The notes under the pieces are model-generated. The model was not told the DNA's origin and made no database searches. It worked only from the letters and a program-made list of their open reading frames with translations. From the human T2T-CHM13v2.0 reference genome, Homo sapiens, in assembly GCF_009914755.1 (NCBI RefSeq), contig NC_060926.1: DNA of 64,000 bases; one strand, given 5' to 3'. The translations under genes and the position numbers were made by a program. Positions 52,144 through 64,000 of the stretch are shown piece by piece. How positions within the stretch are numbered: the stretch's first letter is position 1; each line of letters begins with the position of its first letter.

Positions 52144-55100
52144 GAGACTTCTGCTTCTGGAAAGATGGAGTAGATATATTTTTCCTTATTCTTCTCACTA
52201 AGTACAACTAAGGCATTGTATAAAACAAACATAAGAAGACTGAAAGATACAGAGAAGAAGGCAGCCCGACTAGGGACCTCAGCCTCCCAACCCCAGCTCC
52301 CCAGGTAGTGTCAGGAAGGCCAGGTGCAGAGTCTGGACAGGACTTCCTGCCTGGAGATAACGAGCTGCTGACCCTCCTCCATGCAGTGTGAATGGAGAAC
52401 ACGCAGGAAGCTTGGGCTGCCCCCCGCCAAGAAGAAGGCACCCAAAAGGTGTGCAGTAAAAGCCAACAGAACTGAGAGGAAAAATAGACAAATTCATAAT
52501 TATCATTGGGCATTTTGCTACTGTTTCTCTGCCTTTCTCTCCAACTGATATAAAACCAAGCAGAAAATCAGCAAGGATGCAGAAGACCTCAACAACATCT
52601 TCAATTAACAGGGTCTAATTGACATTTCTAGAACGCTGTACCCAAAACCTGCAGAATACACATTCTTTTCATGTGCCCAAAGACCATATACCAGGATACA
52701 TGACATCTTGGGCTGTAAAACAAGCCTTGGCAAATGTAAAATAATCGAAATTATACAGAGTGTGTTCTTGGACCACAATCGAATCAAACAAGAAATCAGT
52801 AACAGAAATATAGCAGGAGAATCTCAAATAACTTACAAATTAAACAACACATTTCTAAGTAACCCATGGTTTAAAGAGGAAATTCTTCAAATCAATAAGC
52901 TAAGCTCTCGCCTCAAGATACTAGAAAAAGAAGAGCAAAATAAACCCAATGCAAGCAGAAGGAAAAAAAAAGATTGCCCAGAAAACAGTAAAAATGAAAA
53001 CAAAGAAACAATAGAGAAAATCCATGAAACAAAAGCTAGTCCTTGAAAAGGTCAATGAAGTTGACTAACCTGTAGCAAGACTGACAAAGAAGAAAAGAAC
53101 ACATAAATTGCCAACATCAGGAATCAGGGGATATCACTAAAGACCCTGCAGGCATCAAAAGGTTAATAAGAAAATACTATGAATAATTCCAGATACATAA
53201 ATTTGACAACTTAGATGAAATGGACCAATTGCTTGAAAAGCACAAACTTCCACAATTTATCTAAAATGAAATAGATCATTTGAATAGCCTTATAACTATT
53301 AAGGAAAATTAATTTATAATTTTTAAAAGCCATAGGAAGAAATTTATAGGCTTGGGGGTTTTGCTGGAGAATTATACCAAAAGTTTATAGAACAATTAAC
53401 ACCAATTTTATACAGTGTCATCCAGAAAATAGTAGAGGAAGGAAAGGTCATTTCCTAATTCATTTTATGAGGTCAGTATTACCCTGATGCTAAAACTAGG
53501 AAAGGACAGTATAAAAAATGAAAATTATAGTCCAGTGTCCCTCATGAATATAGACATAAAAATCTATAAGAAAAATACTAACAAATAGAATTCTTTAATA
53601 TAAAAGATCATTATATAACATGACCAAGTGGGGTTTATCCCAGGAATACAAGGCTGGTTTAATATTCTAAAATCAATCAGTGTAATAATCCACCATATTA
53701 ACAGGCCTAAAGAAGAAAAATCACATGATTATTTCAATTGCTGCAAAAAGGACAAATACAAAATTCAATACTCATTCATGATGAAAACTCTAAAAAATCT
53801 GGAGCTGAAGGAAACTTCCTCAACTTGATAAAAACATCTACAACATCATACTTAGTGATGAAAAATGTAATGCTTTCTCCCTAAGATCATAAGGCAAGGC
53901 TGTTTAACATAATACTGTAAGTTCTAACCAGTGCAATAAGACAAGAAAGGGAAATAAAAGACCCACAGGACAGAAAAGAAATAAAACTATTGCTATCTGC
54001 AGATTACATAAAGGTGTGTGGAAAATGCCAAGGAATCTATCAAAAATCTCCTAGAATTAATAAGCTCAGCAAAGTCATAAGATCAACATAAAATTAGTTG
54101 TATTTCTATATGCTAGCGATAAACATGTGGAAACCCAAATTAAAAATGCAATACCATTTGCAATCACACAGAAAAAAAGAAAACAAATACTTAGGTGCAA
54201 ATCTAGCAAAACATGTACTTGAAGGGTTTATATGCCTAAACTATGCAATGTCGATGAAAGAAATCAAAGGCAATTGAAATAAATAGAGACACCCATCACA
54301 TTCATGGATTGAAAGACAACAATTCTCCTATATTCATATACAGTTTTAACAAAATTTGCATTAAAATACCAGCAATGTTTTCTGTAGATAAGATTATTCG
54401 AAAATTTATAAGAAAGGTCACAAAAACTAAACTAGCCTAAGCAATTCTAAAAAAGAAGAATAAATGGACAAGAACCAGTCTACTCAAGGCTAAGGCTTTC
54501 TACTTAGCAACAGTGATCAAGACAGTGTGATATTGGCAGAGGATTAGACACACAGATCAGTGGAACAGACAAAGAATCCAAAAAGAGACCCAGAAAAATA
54601 TGGCCAAATGATTTTTGATGAAGATCCAAAATGGATAAAGAATGGGCTTTTCAACAAATAGTGCTTGAGTAACTAGGGAAGTGTGGGCTTACAGAAAAAG
54701 GTACTTTGTACCTAACACATTATAAAAAAAAAAAGGGCAAAACAAAACTCAAAATAGATCACAGCCTTAAATGTAAAATGTAAAACTATAAAGCTTTCAG
54801 GAAAAAACAGGACAAAATTTCCAGGAGCTCCTAGTTGGCTAGACTTGGCACCAAAACATGTTGTATAAACTGAAAATTGATAAATTGGACTTCATAAAAA
54901 TTAAAGACATTTGCCAGTAAAATATCATAAGAGAATGCAAAGACAAGGTGCAGATTAGGAGAAAGTATTTCTAAATAATTCTGATATCTGATCGTCAATA
55001 AAGGACTCATATCTAGAATTTATTTAAAGAACTGTTAAATCTTATCAATAACAAATAAACAGTCTAATTAGATATTGGGCAAAAGGCATGAAGAGCCATT

Positions 55101-56355
55101 TTACCAAAGATGGAAAATAAGCATATGAAAAGATGCTCAACACCACTGCCCACTAACAAAATGTAAATTAAGACTCTCATTTTATATCACCACACACCTA
55201 TCAGAGCAGCAAAAATAAAATTTAAAATAGAATCTATGTCAAATGTTGACCCAGATGCTAAGAAATTAGGTCTACATTACTGGTGAGAATGTAAAATGGC
55301 ACAACCACTTTGGGAAGTAGTTGGGCAGTTTCTTAAGAGTATCTTACTCCATTTGAGCTGCTATGACAAAATACCATAAACTGGGTGGCTTAAACCAGAA
55401 ACAATTATTTCTCACAGTTCTGGGGGATAGGGAGTCTAAGATTAGGGCACTGGCAGGGTTAGTATCTGATGAGGGCTGGCTTCCTGGTTCACAGATGGCA
55501 CCTTCTCACTGTATCCTCACATGGTGAAAGAAGAAAGGCAGCTCTCTAGCGCCTCTTTCTTCAGGGCACTAATCCCATTTGTAAAGGCCCTGCCCCTAAG
55601 ACCTAATTAACTCTCAAGGGCCCAATCTCCTAACACCATCACATTGGCGATTACGTTTCAACATATAAATTTTTGGGGGCGACACAAAATCCACACTCTA
55701 GCACTAGGATACGCTTTTCATACGATCTAGCAATGATATTCTTGGACATTTATTTCAGAGAAATGGAAATATGTGCACATAAAAACTTGTATATGATTCT
55801 TCACGGCAGCTTTATATGTAATAACTCAAACCTAGAAACAACCAAAATGTCCTACAATAGAAGAATGGTGAAACAAACTGTGGTATATCCATACCATGGA
55901 ATACTACTCAATAATAAAGAGAAACAAATTATTGATACATACAACTTGGATGGATCTCAAGGGCACTACACTGAAGGGGAAAAAAGCCATTCTCAATAGG
56001 TCACATATTGTATAATTCCATTTATGTAAAATGCTCACTATTACAAAATTGTAGAACTGGAGACCAGAGTAATGGTTGCCAGGGGTTAGTTATGGGTGGG
56101 GTCATGGGGGAGCAGTGGATGTGACTTTAAAGGGACAGCATGAGGGAGAACTTTGTTGTGATGGCACAGTTCTGCATCTTGATTGTGGCTGAACGTGCAT
56201 CAGTCTACATCTGTGATAAAAATGGCACAGAATGTCATACACATACACACACACACACATTGTACCGATATGGATTTCCTGGTTTTGACATTATACTATA
56301 GTTAGGTAAGATGCTAATCACCAGGGAAAATCAGAGAAAGTGAACACGAGACATG
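52144..56355 (+). mobile_element. Ancient L1 (L1MC/MD-like), sense, internally deleted
   Basis: 5'-end-like GAGACTTCTGCTTCTGGAAAGATGGAG. ORF2 remnants in the track: 52708-53046 (IEIIQSVFLDHNRIKQEI, endonuclease end), 53628-53828 (GFIPGIQGWFNI, RT) and 55673-55999. Old L1 3' UTR. Confidence 0.92.
55338..55703 (-). mobile_element. MaLR solo LTR (MLT1A-type) inserted in L1
   Basis: GCTGCTATGACAAAATACCATAAACTGGGTGGCTTAA...TTTCTCACAGTTCTGG...GGGCACTAATCCCATT. Confidence 0.9.
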
Positions 56356-56359
56356 AATC

Positions 56360-57030
<671 letters not shown>

Positions 57031-57843
57031 GAGCGACATGTTTACTTTCCAAGAATTGTCAACTTTTTGTCAAATCTGCATTGTTAATCCCCAACCCGGA
57101 GGAACACCTGTACACACTCACCTTCTCTGCATTAATTGTTGGGTTCCCAAACATGGCTAGTAACTGGTCAAAATGGGATTTCCTGGGTGTGTAGCCAGTT
57201 ATAGTTCTGGGCCTCTATCACTTCCAGTATTGATCTCTTGTTGAAAAAATTTCACATTCCCAACAGTGACTCCTCTATTCAAGGTCTCACATCCCTCTCA
57301 TGGAGCAATGTGCTCACCCTGTGCTGGTAGCACCCTCAGAAACGCTCCACACGGAGTGGCTAGACACCTTGCCACCTTTTCTTTCCCTCCTGGTCTCCTA
57401 ATGATCCTCCTTTTCCCAACTAAACTCAGGGTTACTCGCCTTAGGATCTTGTTGCTTCCTTGAGAATCTTGCTCCAAATTTTATCCTCCCCACCTTCTGC
57501 TCCAGTGGCTTCTTTTCTTCCACTTGTAGACATCCTCAGGCTCGTCCAAGACTTAAACAACAAGAACAAGAACATCAGCCTCCAGAATCTTCCTTAACCT
57601 TGCTCTTTCTTCAAGTTGGAGCTATCTTGTTGAAATTTTTCTGTCAGGACAGAATTTCTCAGTCACCCAATCCAAGAGTCTCTCCACATTGGTCCACCGT
57701 GTCTCTCTGTTACTGAAATGCTCTCCCCTGCTTCCCTCAGCTTCTCATATACCTCCTTCTCTTTCTGAGCCTTGGATCCTCCTCCACTGACTCCTCATTG
57801 CCTTTATCTATTTTTATAAGGTTTTTATTGAGGTGTAACATGC

Positions 57844-58264
57844 CATATTAGTCTGTTTTGTTTTCTACACAGGAATACCTGAGAGTGGGCAATTTATAAA
57901 GAAATATGTATATTTGGCTCATGGTTCTGCAGGCTGTACAAAAAGCATGGCACCAGCATCTGCATCTGGTAAAGCCTCAGGAAGCTTCCACTTATGGCAG
58001 AAGGTAAAGGGAGAGCAGGCATGTCACGAGGTGAGAGAGGAGGAGGAGGAAGAAGAGCGGTGGGAGGAGTGCCACTCTCTTAAACAACCAGCTCTAGCAT
58101 GAACTAATAGAGTGAGGACTCACTCATTACTGAGGAGAGGGCACCAAGCCATTCCTGAGGGGTCCGCCTCCATGACCCAAACACCTCCCACTAGGCCCCA
58201 CCTCCAACACTGGGGGTCACATTTCAGAATGAGATTTGGAGGGGGCAACATCCAAACTACATCA
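57844..58264 (-). mobile_element. MaLR solo LTR (MSTB-like)
   Basis: GGCTCATGGTTCTGCAGGCTGTACA...AGCATGGCACCAGCATCTGC...CATCCAAACTACATCA. 5-bp TSD CATGC (57839-57843 / 58265-58269). Confidence 0.92.
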
Positions 58265-58509
58265 CATGCATACAGTAAAGTGCATAAATATTAAGAGCTG
58301 GGTGAATTTTTGCACACATACATAGGTGTGACTACCACTGTGAATGAGATACAGGCCACTCCCAGAAGTGCCTCTCTTTCCCTCCCAGGCAATCCACATT
58401 CTCCCTTGCTCTTGCTCTTCAATAACCACTATCCTATCCACATGGATTATTTCTGCCTGTTCTAAAACTTCATATAAATGGAACCATGTAGTATGTCTTT
58501 TGCGTCTGC

Positions 58510-58819
58510 TTTTTTTTTTTTTTTTTTTTTTTTTTTTGAGACAGAGTCTCACTCTGTCACCCAGGCTGGAGTGCAGTGGTGCAATCTTGGCTCACTGCAA
58601 CCTCCACCTCCTGGGTTCAAGCAATTCTCTTCCTCAGCCTCCCAAGCAGCTGGGATTACAGGCACGCGCCACCACGCCCAGCTAATTTGTGTATTTTTAG
58701 TAGAGATGGGGTTTCATCATCTTGGCCAGGCTAGTCTTGAACTCCTGACCTCAAGTGATCCACCTGCCTCAGCCTCCCCAGCGTGCTGAGATTACAGGCG
58801 TGAGCCACCACGCCTGGCC
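58510..58819 (-). mobile_element. Alu SINE (AluS-type)
   Basis: Long poly-T plus Alu body ending CGCCTGGCC. Confidence 0.97.
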
Positions 58820-60784
58820 AAGTTGGCTTTCTTTTACACAACATGATGCCTAGTGGATTCACCCATGTTTCTGTGTGCATCCGCAGTTCATTCCTTTTTA
58901 TTGGTAGGTAGCATTCCATTGTGTGAACACGCCATGATTTGTTTACTCATTCCACTCCTGAGGGACATTTGAGTTTTTTCCCCTTAGGCTTTTTGTAAAT
59001 TCAGCACCCTTCCATATTTTGTCTTCATCTTTCTTCAAGGTATCTCTTTTTTTTTCTCAAAATGATCCAGAACAATAGGCATTCAGCCTTCCCTGGAACC
59101 GGCCTTTTCCTGCCGCCAGAGCAGTAGCCAACATAGTTTCTGGCATCAGGAGGTTAAGTCAAAGTTATCAGTCAAAACACACCGGGAGAGAAAGTGGAAA
59201 TTGGTACGCAGCAGCGTATAATTAAGCAATCGCAAGCTTTGGGAGGCATAAAGGGGAATCTCAGGGCCAGCCTCTCAGCTGTGAAGTTCTGCAAGTAGAG
59301 TCCATGGCAAGGGGGGCGGCAGGCACAGCGGACACCCCGTCACTGCAGCTCTCTGAGCCCTGCAAGTTCTAGGCTGGGGCTGGGCTCCCTGGCCTTCTGC
59401 CTAGAGCCCTTAGGCAACCAAAATGACAGCCCAGGAGAGCCAAGAGCCACAAGGTTATTTTTCTAAGACGTAAAGTGAATTATGTCATCCACCCAGACCT
59501 CTTTGTCCAAGAGAACAACCTCGAGTCTCCTCCTTCAGGACCCTCAGATAGATCTTCCCAGAAACAGAGCAGGGGAAAGAGAGAGGAGGAGACGCTGGAG
59601 CCACAGGGCTGGAGCAGTTGGATGGGCCTCTGACAGCAGAGGGAGAGGCGACTGCATAGGGAAACAGAGAGGGACAAAGTGAGTTATGCTTGAGAGAGCT
59701 TGAGGGCTACAAAGCTCAATGTTTATGTGAATATAATCAAAGGAAAGGGGAAAGATTTGGGAGAGAGACACCCGAGAAAACCCCAAGAAGCCACAAGACC
59801 TAGACAACAACTGCCAATCTGGTAATGACTGGGTGTGCTGTGGAGTTGGTGTTTATCCTAGACAAAGCCAGTGCTTTCCCGAGATCTGGTGACAATTTGG
59901 GGCACATATATTTAGGGAGGAGGACAAGCCCTGGGAAGAGGTTTTGAGTCAGGAGACCTGTGGTTGGGCCTCAGCCATGTGGTCCGCTGCCCTCCAGCTC
60001 TGACAGCAGAGTCCCTTCTGCTGGCAGAGTCTCTGCCTGTGAGTGGCAGCAGGCCAGCCCAGCTCCATTGGCCCTTCTGGATCTAAGAGGTCTGGCTTCT
60101 CAGGCCCAGGCTTGCAAAGCCTCTGGCTGAACTTCACAGTGACCTTGCCAGCGCACACCTGAGCCACACCTCATTGCTTTTGAGTATACCTGAACCTCAG
60201 GCAAGGTTTGGTTTAATTCCTAACTTCTTACTGCAGAACAGAGGAAGTCAATTTGGAGTCAAATCCTCATGAGGCTTCTCTTATTCCAGGGTATTTATTT
60301 GCTTGATGATTTTGAACCATTTATTTGGACACACAAAGTTCTATCTGGCAAAGAACCGTTGGCTCCAACATCCTCAAACAACGCTAGTTTTAGATGCTGA
60401 TAGGGTCTCTAATAGGAGGCAAAGAAACGTAACACCCAGCCAGGCAATTGCAAAGTTGAATGTGAGAGTCTAGCTTTTTGAGAATCCTTCTAAAAGCCAT
60501 GTGATAAGGGATTGTCACAGTGAGGATAACAAATTCACATCTAAGGGATGAAGGTAAAACTTACTCCAATGCTCTGCAAATGGCTGTGGGGGGTGGCTCT
60601 TCCTGGGAAGCACCCCTCAGACTTGGAGTCACTGCATCCTACTTGATTTAACTGAAGCAAAGGCAATGTATTCATCAACAAACTGTGACATAACTAAAGA
60701 GAGATCTTGTGTCGACCAAGATGCTGGTGCTGTAAAGGAGGTGAGTAATGTGGGAAAAAGCAATGTTTCCAAACTCATGTAGCA

Positions 60785-61121
60785 TTTTACTTTATTTTAT
60801 TTTATTTTATTTTATTTTATTTTATTATTTTATTGTTTGAGACGAAGTCTTGCTCTATCACCCAGGCTGGAGTGCAGTGGCGCAATCTCGGCTCACTGCA
60901 ACCTCTGCCTCCCAGGTTGAAGCCATTCTCTCCTGCCTCAGCCTCCCAAGTAGCTTGGACTACAGGCATGCATCACCATACCTGGCTAATTTTTTGTATT
61001 TAGTATAGATGGGGTTTCACCATGTCGGTCAGGCTGGTCTTGAACTCCTGACCTCAGGTGGTCTGCCCGCCTCAGCTGCCCAAAATGCTGGAATTACAGG
61101 CGTGAGCCACGGCACAGGGCC
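60785..61121 (-). mobile_element. Alu SINE (AluS-type) with (TTTTA)n tail
   Basis: (TTTTA)n microsatellite followed by an Alu body. Confidence 0.96.
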
Positions 61122-61423
<302 letters not shown>

Positions 61424-63739
61424 ATACTCATGTAGTATTTTAAATATGCACGAGTAACTATGTTGCTAGTTAAACAGATATTTGACTATTCTGTCTACAT
61501 GCCAAAAATTGTTTAGAACATCACTTAAAATTTTTCTCACTGAAAAAGTCACATACACAGTTATATTAAAATCAGCGTATGCTATATTCTCTAATCTAGA
61601 AATAGAAAATGTCCAAGATATCTGACTAGACCTAGCCTGTGCAGTTCTATGGAATCCCTCTGAATCAGCTGCTACTCTGAAGAAGACCACCACACACAAG
61701 ATGGACCCAGCCCACCCTTGGCCCAGGCCCTGGTGCACCTAACTCCAGTGCAGACCCACCCCTTCATCAACTGCACTGGAGTGGTTCTTCAATCATGTCC
61801 CATGGTCCCTGTGGCAGATGCCATACAGGTTGCAGTGGAAGATCTTCAGATGACTTGGTGACAGGTTCATGACCATCTGGTTTCAAGGTGGGCTGTCAGG
61901 CAAGTACCAAACAGGCTCTGTGGGACCAGAGTGTGCGTGTGAGTGTGAAGTTGGAGGTGGTGGAAAGAAGGCAGAGTGACTGTCCCCACGGTGCTGGCAA
62001 AAAAGAGTGGCAAACCCGCATTTTGGGTCTTTTCTCTTCTTTTATCTTCCTCACTGGCTACTGTCATCTGTAAAGAGCTCCAAGTCTTCATGTATAGAAA
62101 GCATTCAATGGGCAAGGAAGGCCCAGTCCCTACACTGGGGGATCTGCTGGCTCTACACTTCAGAGACCCACAGCTTGAAGGACAAAGTTTGCCCTCAAGT
62201 GATTTCTTCAACATCAGCCAGTTTTCCCTGAAATGTGACTGACTCATGTTCAGGGGAGCTGATATTCTAGTTGGAAAGGGGGAAGGGGAGACAGGATTGT
62301 GAGAAGGGTTGTTCTCCATTTTCAAAATAAAGAACTTCGACTACTGCACTTCCCCAAATGAGGCTTTCTCTCCAGGCACATCTTCTGGTTCACAAGCTGC
62401 TCAAGAAGGGCAGGAAGGGTCACCGCAAATCCCATCCCATTGTTCCTCCAGATCCAGCTTCCCAGAGATTACAGTCAGCTCATCTGGAAAGGAGCCTGTG
62501 AGATCGGCGAAGTCCTAGTGTAACACATTCCAAGGAACACCTCTGATTCATTACTCTTTGGAGACTGGCTCCCATTAGCAATTACTGGAAATAATGGCTG
62601 TCCACAGAGCATGGCCGGGAGTGTGGCATGCAGGGAGGATATCATAAGGTGGGCCACTGATGTGTGGAAATTAACCCAGGAGCCCACAAAGGCAACAGCT
62701 ATGGGCCTGGTAGGATCTGAAGATTTCTTCTCCAGTGGCTCCTGGAGGCCTCCCTGCATTGGTTTGTGCATCTATATCCTCAACATTGAGAGTATCCAGC
62801 TGGGAATAGTGTCTACCTCAAGTCTTGGGTCCTTGGTCCCTCAAAGGTGCATGGTACCTCCAGCTGCAGAAAACATGGGGGAAGAGCTACATGACAAGTC
62901 ATAAGAAGCTCTCTGGAAATATCTCCCAGGTGCCCTCTTCTAAACAGAAATGCTTCTCTGTCAAAGCAGGCCTCCCTGTGGGTGCCTGGGCCTTCCTATC
63001 TAGGCTAGGCTCTGGATGTCTACACCAGCCTCGTAAGCACACCCCTTCCCAGTGCTGAGAGGCTGTTTACAGCAGGGCCGCGCATCCTTTCTGAGGCCAA
63101 AACTGAAACAACAACAGAAACAACATAAAACCCCCTTTCTGAACCACAGCTCTGGCTTGGCGTGTAATTTTTGAGAATATACTTCTCTATTCCTTGAATG
63201 GTTACCTTTGTCTTTATGGCCCTGCTATTTATATGCTCTGAGAACTCTCCAGAAACTCCTTTTCCAAGAAATGAGCTAGCCCTTCAGTGGCCATGTTTAC
63301 AGAATTTCCTGTTTTCATGATATCTGAAGAGGACAAAACTTTGGAACCTTCCAAAATAATCAGGGTTTCTGACAAACCTTGTGGACCAATGTTACTGCAT
63401 TCCAACTACATGCAAACTACCTGTCACATCCAAACCTCAAAGCCTCCCCCAATTCCTTACTCTTTAGTTATTTCCTCCCCTTTCCCCCAGTCCCATAGCT
63501 ATGGTGTGAGAATGGAGTTTCCACTCGGCAGCTGAGATCTGGAGTTAGAGTGGAGGAAAGTGGGTCAATTTCCCCTCTCCCCTATAGACATAAGTATACA
63601 TGTACACATACCCGGGCCCATTTGAGGACAAGCCATCCATTATGCAATGAGGTCATAGGTGGCACTCCAGTCCTGGTGAGTGTTGTGGTACAGTGGGAAA
63701 AAAAAGAGGTCTCTGGAGCCATAAGGACAGAATCTTGGC

Positions 63740-63865
63740 TCCATTAGTTGTGAGAAGTGATCACGTGCTCACTGAGTCTGTTTCTTCATCTGTGAAATGG
63801 ATTGTTCTGAGGACAGAGATATGATCACATGTTATGGGATCAATAGATGGCAGTAGCTATTGGTA
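63740..63865 (+). mobile_element. MIR SINE fragment
   Basis: CTGAGTCTGTTTCTTCATCTGTGAAATGG...TAGCTATT. Confidence 0.7.
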
Positions 63866-64000
63866 ATGATGATGTCATTTTCATCATCATTATTGTCATC
63901 ATTGTCATGGCTAGTAAGCCTACAGATCTTTAAAAAATAGCTCCTGGGCTATAAACTAATTTCCAGCTAACATTCTTACTGGGCCAAAGTAATGTTAGGT

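Larger units (their letters stand above)
57815..58990 (-). mobile_element. Old L1 3' fragment, split by an MST LTR and an Alu
   Basis: TTTATTGAGGTGTAACATGC...ATACAGTAAAGTGCATAAAT...AACTTCATATAAATGGAACCAT...GGACATTTGAGTT. Confidence 0.85.

Noticed and set aside
52708-55999. L1 ORF2 fragments as an active retrotransposon
   Set aside because: There are many stops, frameshifts, internal deletions and an LTR insertion. It is a fossil.
61742-61782. 12-bp inverted repeat ACTCCAGTGCAG...CTGCACTGGAGT as a pre-miRNA or terminator
   Set aside because: The stem is too short for a pre-miRNA and there is no supporting context. It is probably chance or a remnant of a small palindromic DNA transposon.

Overview
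This is primate (very probably human) non-coding DNA, dominated by interspersed repeats. It contains 13 Alu copies, old L1 and L2 LINEs, MIRs, MaLR/ERVL/ERV1 solo LTRs and Tigger3/MER5-type DNA transposons. I found no protein-coding exon, tRNA, rRNA or CRISPR array that I can support, and I cannot name a host gene. Nearly all listed ORFs are chance frames or repeat-derived. Two recent tandem expansions stand out: (1) a ~35-copy, 63-bp CpG-rich VNTR (~46937-49157) grown out of an ancient L2, whose unit is stop-free in 5 of 6 frames and carries ETS and E-box motifs; (2) a 683-bp x3 triplication of a MER52-like LTR end (38511-40565) bounded by CCTTCT microhomology. Smaller oddities are a perfect 19-bp palindrome inside an old L1, a 35-nt U2 snRNA retrocopy with target-site duplication (TSD), a tailless Alu with TSD, and an unclassified element with imperfect terminal inverted repeats. 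I see no convincing new multi-gene system. Repeat subfamily names come from recalled consensus sequences rather than a database search, and boundaries of old repeats are approximate.
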